DNA of 63,926 bases, filler included, from Octopus bimaculoides (lineage: Eukaryota), in the NCBI RefSeq assembly GCF_001194135.2. It is 8 parts of 8 records of this genome, joined end to end, with 100 filler letters (N's around TTAATTAATTAA, not from the genome) between each part and the next. Parts side by side here need not be neighbours in the genome. Positions count along the whole stretch, not along the records: positions 1 to 5,116 come from NC_068991.1; positions 5,217 to 36,620 come from NC_068998.1; 6 more parts are not named here. One strand, given 5' to 3'. The position numbers and the translations under genes were made by a program. Below are positions 1-13,247 of this stretch, piece after piece. Each line of letters opens with the position of its first letter. The first letter of the stretch is position 1. Below the pieces are notes generated by a model that was given only the letters and a program-made list of their open reading frames with translations, was not told the origin of the DNA and did no database searches.

Positions 1-113
1 ATATATATATATATATATACACACACATACATTCACACATGCATGAACATGGTCATATACACACATGCATGCCCTGTCTTATTACATATATGCCTCTCTA
101 CCTCTCTCTCTTT

Positions 114-158
<45 letters not shown>

Positions 159-849
159 CGCTGAGGAGGACAATCATCACAAACTTTAGTCTACGAGACA
201 CTCCCATCATTAGTTCCACAGTGTACATCAACCAGTTTCCCTTTCTCTCTCCCCCCTCTCTCTCCTTGCATTTCTCCCCCTCTTTCTAACACCCCAACGA
301 GACCCCTCCTTCCACTGGCGCCAACTTCCATCGTCAATGTAACTTTACAACAAATAGTTACAAAACCATGGATAGGTTTCACCCTGTGTTGTAATTAGCA
401 ACAAAATAAAGATATATTTTAAAAGAATAGTTTTTAGTTCTGCTCCTATTTTATTTTATTTTATTTTTCCTTCTTTCTTTTTTCGTTTTAACCAAAATTT
501 CTTCCAAGTGCCAACGCTCACGAAATAACACAAAAACACAAGAAGACACGCTGAAGAATCTAATGCTACAGTATTTTCACCAAATATTTCACCAGATTTT
601 CTAGCTAGTTCCATGCTATGATTCTTAGACAAAATACTTCTCGCTTTAGAAGTGGTTATACAGCGGAGGAAATCGAGGAATATTTGATATTTGATTTTTT
701 TTTTTTTTTACTATTTGTTTTCAATCATTTGGGTAGCGGCCATGATGGAGCACTGAAGAGTTTAAGGCAAACAAAGCTGTTGACCCCAGTACTTTTTTTA
801 TCGATTTATTTATTTATTGTGTGTGTGTGTGTGAGAGAGAGGGGGGACA

Positions 850-884
<35 letters not shown>

Positions 885-1319
885 NNNNNNNNNNNNNNNN
901 NNNNNNNNNNNNNNNNNNNNNNNNNNNNNNNNNNNNNNNNNNNNNNNNNNNNNNNNNNNNNNNNNNNNNNNNNNNNNNNNNNNNNNNNNNNNNNNNNNNN
1001 NNNNNNNNNNNNNNNNNNNNNNNNNNNNNNNNNNNNNNNNNNNNNNNNNNNNNNNNNNNNNNNNNNNNNNAGAGAGTGTGTGTGTGAGAGAGAGAGAGTG
1101 TGTGTGTGTGTGAGAGAGAGAGAGTGTGTGTGTGTGTGTGTGTGTGTGAAGCCTGATTCGAAAATTTTATTATTAGCATATAATATTGAAATTCATGTAG
1201 AAATATTCTTAACTAATCCTCGTATTATCGAGGGTGGACGGTGGGATGCTACATATAGGAATTGTTTCAGGTCCTAGATGGGCAGTTATACGTAACAATG
1301 AAACCAGTTGCAGAGGAAA

Positions 1320-2184
1320 GCAGGACATTCTGTTCTGGAGAGGGGTCTGCGACCAACCTGTAGAGCATAATGAGGAAGTGGAGTGGCTGCATGAAATCCA
1401 AGACAGGTTGTTGAGAAATATAGAAAGCCAAGAAGACATGAAAATAATAACACAAATGATAAAAAAGCAGTTAAGAAAATTCTCAAATTGGAAGAGCCCA
1501 TGACTGGATGGGGTCCAAGGTCATTGGATGAAGAAGTTGAGAGGTATCCATGAAAGGATAGTGCAACAGCTAGATGAGTGCTTGCAGGAAGGCGCAGTGC
1601 CCAACTGGATGACAAAGGGAGAGACATTGTTATGTGCCAAGGATCCTGGAAATGGAAATGTTGCATCCAACTTGAGACCAATAACATGCCTTCTGCTAAT
1701 GTGGAAACTAATTTCAGGTGCTTTGGCCGCTGAACTGTACAGACACTTGCGAAAAAGTGGTATGCTACATACTGAACAGAAAGGGTGCCGAAAGAGGAGC
1801 CGGGCAACGAAGGATCAGCTCTTAATTGATTATCTAATTATCAGGAACTGCAAGAGAAGACACACAAACCTGAGGAAAAGATAGAGAAATACAACCCTCT
1901 AAAGTACGAAGTAGCCCGGCTATGGAAAATGAAGGTGAAGATAGTGCCAATTATTGTTTGATCTTTGGGAACAGTATCAGAAGGCATCAAGAGGAATATA
2001 AAGGAAATCGGAATCGAGTGTCCAGTAGAACTGTAACAAAAAGGTTTGCCTCCTTGGCACGGCCAGAATAATCAGGAAAATGTTAGCTGAAAAGAATGGA
2101 TAGCATGGTACAGTAGGCTGCCGGTAGCAAGTCCGCTACGCATGTAAGACTCCAAGAGCTCCAGCAAACCCTGTGATAAAGAGA

Positions 2185-2185
<1 letters not shown>
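1320..2185 (+). mobile_element. Internally deleted, decayed R4/Dong-like (RLE clade) non-LTR retrotransposon
   Basis: FWRGVCDQPVEHNEEVEWL, WKSP*LDGVQGHWMKKL, LRPITCL, EQKGCRKRSRATKDQLLID (RT N-terminal part), fused at ~1875 directly to the C-terminal EKIEKYNPLKYEVARLWKMKVKIVPIIV...LLGTARIIRKML. Short 3'UTR then a (TAA)n tract. Stops at 1501 and later. Confidence 0.88.
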
Positions 2186-2244
<59 letters not shown>

Positions 2245-2245
<1 letters not shown>

Positions 2246-2545
2246 TCTTAGCAAAGGAATTTGAAAGACTGTCGAAATATAAAGAACCTTGAGATTGAGA
2301 TATCTAGGACGTGGCAATTAAAAACCAAAACCATCTCTGTTGGGAATGATCAAAAAAGGTACTGATACATTTTTTGACTAGATCCCTGCGAAACGAACAA
2401 TCTATGAGACTCAAAAAATTGTGTTGACATCAACCGCCCACATTCTCACGAAGTTTCTCTCTATCTAATATATAAACGTGCCTTAGGTCTCTGGTTGAGA
2501 CCCAGTCGGAAGACGAAATAAAATGCAATTCAATCGGAAAATGAT
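2245..2545 (+). mobile_element. 3' end of a second, diverged R4/Dong-like LINE
   Basis: KEFERLSKYK/DLEIEISRTWQLKTKTI...IYETQKIVLTSTAHILTKFLSI* with frameshifts, followed by (CAA)n(TAA)n. Confidence 0.75.
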
Positions 2546-4088
2546 AAGAACAACAACAACAACAACAATAATAATAATAATGTTTTCAAATTTTAGCACC
2601 AGGCCAGCAATGTCGGGGAAGGGGATTAGTCAAGTGAATCGACCCCAGTATTAAAACTGGTATTTATTTTATCGACCCCGAAAGGATAAAAGGTAAAGTC
2701 GACATTGGTGGAATTTGAACTCNNNNNNNNNNNNNNNNNNNNNNNNNNNNNNNNNNNNNNNNNNNNNNNNNNNNNNNNNNNNNNNNNNNNNNNNNNNNNN
2801 NNNNNNNNNNNNNNNNNNNNNNNNNNNNNNNNNNNNNNNNNNNNNNNNNNNNNNNNNNNNNNNNNNNNNNNNNNNNNNNNNNNNNNNNNNNNNNNNNNNN
2901 NNNNNNNNNNNNNNNNNNNNNNNNNNNNNNNNNNNNNNNNNNNNNNNNNNNNNNNNNNNNNNNNNNNNNNNNNNNNNNNNNNNNNNNNNNNNNNNNNNNN
3001 NNNNNNNNNNNNNNNNNNNNNNNNNNNNNNNNNNNNNNNNNNNNNNNNNNNNNNNNNNNNNNNNNNNNNNNNNNNNNNNNNNNNNNNNNNNNNNNNNNNN
3101 NNNNNNNNNNNNNNNNNNNNNNNNNNNNNNNNNNNNNNNNNNNNNNNNNNNNNNNNNNNNNNNNNNNNNNNNNNNNNNNNNNNNNNNNNNNNNNNNNNNN
3201 NNNNNNNNNNNNNNNNNNNNNNNNNNNNNNNNNNNNNNNNNNNNNNNNNNNNNNNNNNNNNNNNNNNNNNNNNNNNNNNNNNNNNNNNNNNNNNNNNNNN
3301 NNNNNNNNNNNNNNNNNNNNNNNNNNNNNNNNNNNNNNNNNNNNNNNNNNNNNNNNNNNNNNNNNNNNNNNNNNNNNNNNNNNNNNNNNNNNNNNNNNNN
3401 NNNNNNNNNNNNNNNNNNNNNNNNNNNNNNNNNNNNNNNNNNNNNNNNNNNNNNNNNNNNNNNNNNNNNNNTATATATATGCAAATATTAGACTACGGTC
3501 ATGCTGAGGCAGTGCCTTGAAGAATTTTTAGTCGAATGTATCGAAGCCTGGTGCTTCTTCTATCACTCTCTTCTGCCGAACCACTAAGTTACGGAGACTT
3601 ATCTACACCAGTACCGGTTGTCAAGTGGTTTAGGGAGTCAAGCACAGGCACAAAGACACACACACATACACATATATATTTATTCAGCGGGCTTCGTTCA
3701 GTTTCTGTCTGCCAAATCCTCTTACAAGGCTCTGGTCGGCGAAAGGCTATAGATGAAGACACTTGCCCAAGGTGACACTTGCTCGACCGCTGTTATGTTA
3801 TATATATATTATGTATATGTATACAAACGCTCATGCTTACTCAAATATGTACACACATATGTACGCACAAACACACGCACACACATACACGCGCATACAC
3901 GCACATGCATGCACATACAAACACACACACGCACACACATACGCACACACACTCAGACACACACAAATGCACACGTACACATACATACAGTGATGATTGA
4001 CAATCGTTCTTCAAATCAAACGTTTATACACACAACACGCGCATACATACACACAACACGCACACACACATTCATGTAGATATATAGC

Positions 4089-4134
<46 letters not shown>

Positions 4135-4790
4135 TAGTGACCAGCCAATAGATAGATAGATAGATAGACAGATGGACGGAGGGTCGGATTGATGGACACA
4201 CACACTCACATACAAACAAACATACATGCATATACATAAATAGAAGTATATATACCCGTATATTCGCGTGTATATATATATATATGTATGTCTCCAAGTA
4301 TTCCCTGGGTATGTATCTGTGTATGTGTGTGCGTTTGCGAGATTACCCAATCATTTGTCAATCTGTCAACATAGAAGAATTTCGTATTTTTCTAACAACA
4401 AATGGATCAATGGACTTAATGGATTATTGTACAGTGAAATATTTCATCTAGATTAGCACCCGGGGTATGCTGGATGCTGGCTAAATGATTGATCGATAAC
4501 GAATGGATGTTTGGTTGATTGGCTGGACTCGTTAGGAAATCTAGATACAATGAAAGTAGCGGAGGGTGGAGTTTCAATGTCTGCGATATGTGTTTGTATG
4601 TATGTGCGTATGAATGAATGTATGTGTCTATATATGTATGAATGTTTTTTATGTATGCGTGTGCATGTTTATGTGTTTGTATGTATACGTTCATATGTGT
4701 GTGTGCGTGTGTTTGTGTCAGTGCCTACATGTGAAATCTCACACCCACTCACATGTTTATTTTTATATATGTATATATATATATATATAT

Positions 4791-4835
<45 letters not shown>

Positions 4836-4845
4836 NNNNNNNNNN

Positions 4846-4887
<42 letters not shown>

Positions 4888-5160
4888 CACACATAAATCT
4901 GTGCATATGTATATATATATATATATATATATATTTGTAAGTGTATATGTATATATATTTATACATATGTATGCGTGTGTGTGTGTATATATACATATAT
5001 ATATATATACATATATATACATATATATATACATATATCTATACATATATATATACATACATATACATATATATACATATATATACATACATATACATAT
5101 ATATATATATATATATNNNNNNNNNNNNNNNNNNNNNNNNNNNNNNNNNNNNNNNNNNNN

Positions 5161-5172
5161 TTAATTAATTAA
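5161..5172. other. Assembly gap linker TTAATTAATTAA (artefact)
   Basis: Embedded in N44-linker-N44 100-bp gaps; also at 36665, 47042, 52071, 54417, 57537 and 62688. Confidence 0.95.
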
Positions 5173-5216
5173 NNNNNNNNNNNNNNNNNNNNNNNNNNNN
5201 NNNNNNNNNNNNNNNN

Positions 5217-5249
<33 letters not shown>

Positions 5250-5356
5250 CAATATATATATATATAAATATATATATAAGCATATATATATATATATATA
5301 AGCATATTTCTATATATATATCATATAATCCACACACACACACACGCACATATACA

Positions 5357-5420
<64 letters not shown>

Positions 5421-6006
5421 TACACACATATATATGTATATATATATTTTTTTCTTATCTTTGTTGAATGTGTCTATATAAGTAGACCTTGCAAAAAGAG
5501 AATAACATAATCTAAATTTACGTATGCATGCAAAGATTGACATAAGTGTTTGTGTGTCTGTGTGTCTCTGTGTGTGTGTTCAATTTTTGCCTATCTCTAT
5601 ACATATCTTTGAATGCATCTTTTTCTAATCCTTGTCTGTTGTCCATGTGTAGTGTGAGTTTGTAAGCATATATGCAAATCTGTGTACATTTCTGAATATA
5701 AATTACTAACTTTTATTTTATTAAACCTTCACAGCCCCACTACATGCTACATTCTTTATTGACATCCCTACCCGTAAACCCGTCATCCCTATACACTCCT
5801 CAGTTCCGTTCCACTCTCCCTCATTCTATAGACAATTACCATTTCTTGCTTTTGTTTGCATTTAACTTTTTCTACAATATATTTCTATCGATTCTTGCTG
5901 CTTTAAGTAGAAACAACTTTTGATAAGCTATAGCTGACTACAAAATTTGATGGTCAAACAAATATCCTTGATTTGATTGGTGTTTTACGCGTGTGTATAT
6001 GAATTT

Positions 6007-6070
<64 letters not shown>

Positions 6071-6474
6071 CTGTGTGTGTGTGTGTGCGTGCAGGGGTTT
6101 ATATAAATGTGTGCATGTGAGCATGCATGCTGTGTATGCATGCACACAGATATACACATGCACTTTAAGTTGCAAACAAGGAAAAGGCGATATGGCTGAG
6201 TTTATTTGTTCATATGAAGTCAATTATTCGCTCCCTCGCTGCCCATAGTTTCATACAACATATTTATTTCAGTTACATGTTAGGGAATATACACATTTGT
6301 GCATGTGTTTGTCTATTTGTGTATGTGTATATGTGCACATGTATGCACACTGTGTATAGGTGTATGTATACATGTATGTCTGTATATATGTGTCTTTATA
6401 TACACATATCATCATCATCATCATCCTTTAATATCCATTCTCCATGAGGCATGGGCTGGATATATAAATATACT

Positions 6475-6523
<49 letters not shown>

Positions 6524-6949
6524 NNNNNNNNNNNNNNNNNNNNNNNNNNNNNNNNNNNNNNNNNNNNNNNNNNNNNNNNNNNNNNNNNNNNNNNNNNNNN
6601 NNNNNNNNNNNNNNNNNNNNNNNNNNNNNNNNNNNNNNNNNNNNNNNNNNNNNNNNNNNNNNNNNNNNNNNNNNNNNNNNNNNNNNNNNNNNNNNNNNNN
6701 NNNNNNNNNNNNNNNNNNNNNNNNNNNNNNNNNNNNNNNNNNNNNNNNNNNNNNNNNNNNNNNNNNNNNNNNNNNNNNNNNNNNNNNNNNNNNNNNNNNN
6801 NNNNNNNNNNNNNNNNNNNNNNNNNNNNNNNNNNNNNNNNNNNNNNNNNNNNNNNNNNNNNNNNNNNNNNNNNNNNNNNNNNNNNNNNNNNNNNNNNNNN
6901 NNNNNNNNNNNNNNNNNNNNNNNNNNNNNNNNNNNNNNNNNNNNNNNNN

Positions 6950-7153
6950 GCATGTTATAACTGCATACTTTATTCCGACATATGTTTCGAAGAATTACAA
7001 TTTATGCGATCCATAGGAATCAGCGATGTTAAAAATGTAAACTTCTCCTCAGGGAAATGCATGGGAATCATCTTAAACGTAAGACATTATGACCCGCATA
7101 AATTGTAATTCTTCGAAACATTTGTCGGAATAAAGTATGCAGTTATAACATGC
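6950..7153. repeat. MITE-like inverted repeat
   Basis: 59-bp arms 6950-7008 and 7095-7153 are reverse complements with one mismatch; the left arm abuts a gap. Confidence 0.85.
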
Positions 7154-7974
7154 GTTTTCTCCATTCCTTAAATTTATATATATATATATATATATATACT
7201 GGAAAATGTGTGAGATCGTTGGTACACTTAGGCATATTTGAAAAAAGAGAAAGAATAAGATTAGAATTACCAGTGGATTTGCTCTTTTTTCTTTTACAAA
7301 TATATATACATATGGTATAATTTATAAACAGGGCAAATTATAGCCATTTCTCTGCAGATTGAAAAAATGTTGAACATACATACATACCCATACGTATGTA
7401 TGAACATATACACACACACATACATATACATATGTATGTATGTATAGACATACATAGACATGCATAGACAAATGCACACACCCATACTACATATGTAATT
7501 AGATAGAAAGGTGGATATGTAGACATACTGTCGTGGCCAACAGTTTGGAACAAATTTTTTTAAAAATTAAAATTGCTTTGCCCAAGTACAATTCAATCAA
7601 AATATATACAATGCATATATTTGGACATTTGATATAAAAATTCTAATTTTCAGATCTATGTTCCAAACTTTTGTTCGAGTAACATATTGCAAATTGAATA
7701 TAACTTTGGGAGTCTAATATAAAAGTTCTAATTTTCAGACCTACATTCCAAACATTTGGCCGTGATTGTATATATTTACAAGTGATGGGCTCAATGGCAT
7801 TGCCTAACTTCTGCTCCTCAAAAGTGTTGACCTTGTGCCTAAATCATAAGCAATCATCATCATCATCACCATTATTATTATTATTATTAAGGCAGTGAAC
7901 CAATGGAATCATTGCTGTGTCAGACCACCTCCTCTATCTCTATGTAAGATTAGGGTTTCCGTTCCCTAATACGT

Positions 7975-8124
7975 TAACGACAACAATTATAACGATGACT
8001 ACTACTACTACAGCTACTACTACTACTACTACTACTACTTCTATTACTACTACTACTACCACCACTACTACTACTGCTACCGCCACTACTACTACTACTA
8101 CTGCTACCGCCACTACTACTACTG

Positions 8125-8174
<50 letters not shown>

Positions 8175-9145
8175 ACCGCCACTACTACTTCTACTACCAT
8201 TACCACCACTTCTCATCACTACTACTACTATAATGACGACAATCATAACACTGACAGCTACTACTACTACTGCTGCTGTTGCTAATTACTACCATAGTTC
8301 TCCTGTGTTAGTATGGGTTAACGAGAAAGCTGTTTGGGGTTGTATTTTTATGACTAGTTGCTTTTCCTGTCACCAACACTTAACTATTCTTGAGCAAAGT
8401 ACTTCACTGCACATTTCTCCAATCCATTCCACTGGAAAACACAAACAATTCTGTGATGAGCTGGTATCTTGACCAGCTGAGGAACATATTCCCTACGGAA
8501 TCCAAGAAACTGGTCTTATGAACATATATCTCAGAGAGAACATTTGACTCCCTTTTCTATCTTTTTTTTGTTTGCATTTATCAATGAGTCTTTAATGTTG
8601 TTGTTGTTGATCTCAACCTTTTATTTGATGTAACTCTTTCACGGTTTCTGGTTTATTTTTTTTCCTAAAAAAATAGTTAAGTGTTGGTGACAGGAAGAGC
8701 AACCAGCCAGAAAAATACAACCCCAAACAGCTTTCTCGTTAACCCATACTAACACAGAAAAACTATGGTAGTAATTAATAGTAGTAGTAGTAGTAGCCGT
8801 CGTTATAATTGTTCTCGTTATCGTATTACTATTATTATTATTATTATTAGTAGTAGTAGTAGTAGTAGCTGTCAGTGTTATGATTGTCATTATAGTAGTA
8901 GTAGTGGTGGGAGGTGATGGTAATGGTGGTAGTAGTAATACTGGTGGTAGTGGAAAGTGGTGGTAATGGTTGTAGTAGTAGTGGCGGTAGCAGTAGTAGT
9001 AGTAACGGTGGTAGTAGTAGGAGTAGCCGTCATCGTTATGATTGTCGTCTTTATAGTAGTAGCAGTAGCAGGTAGTAGTAGTAGTGGTAGTTATCATCGT
9101 TATGATTGTCATCATTATAGAAGTAGTAGTGGTAGCAGTAGTAGT
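7975..9145. repeat. Large foldback: (CTA)n-rich left half, (TAG)n-rich right half, with unique inverted core
   Basis: Non-microsatellite block 8283-8388 is the reverse complement of 8672-8777 (about 90% by eye); spacer ~283 bp. Confidence 0.85.
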
Positions 9146-9680
9146 TTTATGTTAGTTGTTTGCTTTCTGGTTGAATTTGTATTGTATGCTATTTCATTGA
9201 TTTATATTGTAAAACTCTCACTTGCTTATTCTGCAATTTTCTTTTTTTTTTTTTTGGAATCTTTTAATGTAATTTTTGTGAAAGAAATTAAATATTTAAA
9301 TATATTCAAAATAGGAAAACCATATGACTTATAGTTCTTAGTTCTTTTTATCATTCGATCTTCCAAATTTGCCTTTCATCTCATCTGATTCGATAAAAAT
9401 AAAAAACTTAAAATATAAAATGTCAGGATAGATTTAATCATCAGAGTATTTTCCTTCCTTTATGAAGATTAAGCACAAACATTAATGACGTATTATCATC
9501 ATCATCATCGTCATTGTCAGCATCATCATCCCCATGGTGATGAACATTATCACCATTGTTGCTGTCGTTGCCACCATCATTGTGGGCAAGTGGCATCTAC
9601 TTTAGTGTCTTCTACTTTAGCCTTGGGATGACCAAAGCTTTGTGAGTTGATTTGTAGATGGAAACTGAAAGAAGCCCGTC

Positions 9681-9732
<52 letters not shown>

Positions 9733-10199
9733 GTATATGTTTGTGTGTCTGTGTTTGTCCCCCTACCATCGCTTGACAATCGATGTTGGTGTGTTTAGGT
9801 CCCCATAACTTAGCAGTTCGGCAAAAGAGACCAATAGAATAAGTACTAGGCTTACAAAGAATAAGTCCTGGGGTCGATTTGCTTGACTAAAGGTGGTGCT
9901 CCAGCATGGCCACAATCAAATGATTGAAACAAGTAAAAGAATATAAGGATAGCATTTGACAAAGCAGTCTGAATGCAAAAGGGTTAATATAGTAACGGAA
10001 TGGTTAGAATCCTATCACTGGTGATGCCATCTGCATTTCACAAATTCCTACCTTCTTCTCCACTGACAAGGCTTTGGTATCCCAAGTCTATAGTAGAAGA
10101 CACTTGGCCAAGGTGCCACACGGTGGGACTGAACCCAGAACCATGTGGTTAGTAAGCAGCTTCTTTATTTCAATAATTCGCCATTAACGGTGTTACATA

Positions 10200-10810
10200 G
10201 AGGAGGCCATAAGGAACTACTCGCACACGCCGAGTAGCTTCTTTCTTGGCCACATAGCCACTGTTCCAATTAATGCTGTTTTCCTGGTGGCCTGTATTAC
10301 ACAATGGGAGCTACTTTCTTCTTCCTGTGAATTCCTGTAACTCTATCTTTCTTCAGTTCCAAAAAGAAACGTCTCAGCACAGGCTTGGCCTACATATTGA
10401 TTGTGTCAATGGCATTACCTCCAATTAGTCCTAATTCAAAGACATTATTAATCCTTCTCTTGTACTCTTTGGAGACATCCTTTCTCATTTCATTTCTCAT
10501 TATCTTATCAGCCTGCAACATCCCTAGATACTTGAATCTCTCATTTTTCATTGATCGAAATCAGATTGTTTTCTGGCATCTTTATTCTATCAAATTTAAT
10601 CTTGCAACTTCTCTTCGGAATTAATACTCTACACTTATTCACTTGTTTACCCCAAAATGCTTTTCAATATCCTCGCTAAATATCCTTCCTGTATAAACAA
10701 GAGAATCTAGGGTTTCTTTTTTTTCCCATTCATTGGTATTGTGCAATTTGAGGTCAGCCATATAAATCAGATTATTATTTTTTGTTTTCCTTGTTCTTAG
10801 CAAGCTAATA
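10200..10810 (-). mobile_element. Decayed R4/Dong-like reverse transcriptase fragment
   Basis: NNLIYMADLKL (LxYMDDLKL-like), IFSEDIEKHFG, FKYLG-like gattcaagtatctaggg, KEYKRRI; many stops and frameshifts. Confidence 0.78.
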
Positions 10811-11342
10811 TGCTGGATTTTCCTGCTACTGCTACTACACTTATTTTTATTGCATAGTTTTGGTATGCAATCAAGTGCAACATTATCTGCAGTTGGTACA
10901 ACTAATATGAATGAAGAATTATGTTTGTTTATTAAAATATATACACTCATACACACGCTCATGCATATATAGTATTGTCTTTATTACTATAACAATGGAT
11001 TTCATTTATTTCACTTGTTAGATAAATCTGATTAAGTATATTAGTTTTATGTGCATATGTGTGATTTGTGCTTATATGCTTCCATACACATGAAAGCACA
11101 CACGCACACACACACACAGATATACATGAACATATATGCATATATATAAACATATATACATACATATATATATTCATATCATACATATATGTTTGCTTGT
11201 ATAATTTTATATGTAGCTGTTTGCCTATATGTATGTATTTGTGATTTTCTTTCTTAGCTTCTCACTATATATATATATGTGCACATGTGTGTTTGTTTGT
11301 GTTCGTATATATATGTGTGTGTGTGTGTGTGTGTGCATGTTT

Positions 11343-11396
<54 letters not shown>

Positions 11397-12246
11397 CAAG
11401 ACAAAAATGGAACAAGAATGTAACAGGGAATAACAAAACATTCGGACAGTTAGACAATACAAAAAAGGACAGTAAAAAACAAGGATGAGTCATTCAGAGC
11501 TTTCAGTCTTCAGTCGAGTACCAGATCATCATTGCAGTTTCAGCCNNNNNNNNNNNNNNNNNNNNNNNNNNNNNNNNNNNNNNNNNNNNNNNNNNNNNNN
11601 NNNNNNNNNNNNNNNNNNNNNNNNNNNNNNNNNNNNNNNNNNNNNNNNNNNNNNNNNNNNNNNNNNNNNNNNNNNNNNNNNNNNNNNNNNNNNNNNNNNN
11701 NNNNNNNNNNNNNNNNNNNNNNNNNNNNNNNNNNNNNNNNNNNNNNNNNNNNNNNNNNNNNNNNNNNNNNNNNNNNNNNNNNNNNNNNNNNNNNNNNNNN
11801 NNNNNNNNNNNNNNNNNNNNNNNNNNNNNNNNNNNNNNNNNNNNNNNNNNNNNNNNNNNNNNNNNNNNNNNNNNNNNNNNNNNNNNNNNNNNNNNNNNNN
11901 NNNNNNNNNNNNNNNNNNNNNNNNNNNNNNNNNNNNNNNNNNNNNNNNNNTTAAGAAGTAGAATTATTTATTTTAGGAAGTAAGGATTAAGGTATATTTC
12001 TTATGAAATTATTTCTAAGATCTCTATTCAAATCCTTCTTTATCTGTATTTTTTTTTTAAAGTTTGGTTTAGTTTATTTATTTGTCTGTTTTTCTTTTCT
12101 TTTTTTTTTTTCCAAGTGAAATATTTCTTACCTGAAGTTGTGAGAGATTAAATATATTCTTAGAATCATGTGTATACAAATGAACGGTGTATCCGTAATA
12201 TATTCCGTCCTTTTTCCAATTTGTTTTTTTTTTTTGCTGATTTTTA

Positions 12247-12277
<31 letters not shown>

Positions 12278-13212
12278 CTGCAATGGAGCTAACTTGGTTC
12301 AACATACTTCCTCTATAGTTTTCAAGTCTTTGCTTAGTAGAAACTATATTTTAGAAAGAGGCAAACTGAAACAAGACAAACCGTTACCATCCTCGTCTAT
12401 TTACGGAAACAAGAAGTTACGTTTGTTCTGTTTCTCAGCTTGCCATTTCATGGATTGATTGACTGACTGTTTCCATGATGCCAAAACAAGAAGAATACTT
12501 ATGTTGCTACACTTTCTTACTCACAGAGCGTTGAAGCTGTTGGAGGATTGCTGTTGCTGCTGTTGTTGTTGTTTGTATTTGGCATGTCTTTCGTAATAAT
12601 AATGATTTCTTACAATCTACACAACATCGTACATTTGTAGGAAAGGAATACAGTTGATCGAATTTTATCTGCTGTTTAACTTGTATTTATTTGCTTTTGG
12701 ATAGACGGAAAGGAAAGCCAATGCAAGTTAGCATTTTAAACTGGGAATATAAGCAATTTAAGAAATGGGACATCATGTAGATGATTTACATGCTAGAAAT
12801 AACAGCTAAATCTTCACAAAATTTCACTTTCCCATTTCAAAATGGAGCTTGATGTTGTCCTAGATACAGTAAACCTGGATTAAAGATTACATGTTTATGG
12901 CTGGTACATCTTTGATCATTTATCTTCTGAATCGGGGATTATCTGGAAAGGAGAACTTAACATCCCACTTCTGGGTACAGTCCCACTGCATTCCACCTTG
13001 GGCAAGTTTCTTCTGCTATAGCCTCGGGCTTACCAAAGGCTTGTGAGTGGATTTGGTAAACAGAAACTGAAAGAATTCCATCATGTATATATATATATAT
13101 ATATATATAAATATCATGTATATATATATATATATATATACATATCATGTATATATATATATATATATATATAAATATCATGTATATATATATATATATA
13201 TATCATGTATAC

Positions 13213-13247
<35 letters not shown>

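Noticed and set aside
170-700. Possible promoter or small exons (ATGGATAG|GT... joined to AAGTGGTTATACAGCG...)
   Set aside because: Weak donor; the frame runs into poly-T and a SINE; no recognisable protein.
2669-3520. Long ORFs in the supplied track (also ~20.6-21.9 kb, 41.5-43.7 kb, 54.7-55.7 kb, 58.8-60 kb, 61.1-61.7 kb)
   Set aside because: They are N-runs plus dinucleotide microsatellites (YIYI/HTHT/CVCV), not coding.
5161-5172. Regularly recurring TTAATTAATTAA (7 copies) resembling an array repeat or conserved site
   Set aside because: Always centred in N44..N44 gaps and has stops in all six frames: a synthetic assembly linker.
7917-8285. Thr-rich mucin-like ORF
   Set aside because: Translation of (CTA)n/(CTG)n tracts in the foldback; no start or splice support.
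13080-13235. Short regularly spaced repeats (tatcatg + (TA)n) as CRISPR-like
   Set aside because: Spacers are pure TA microsatellite in a eukaryotic genome; compound minisatellite.
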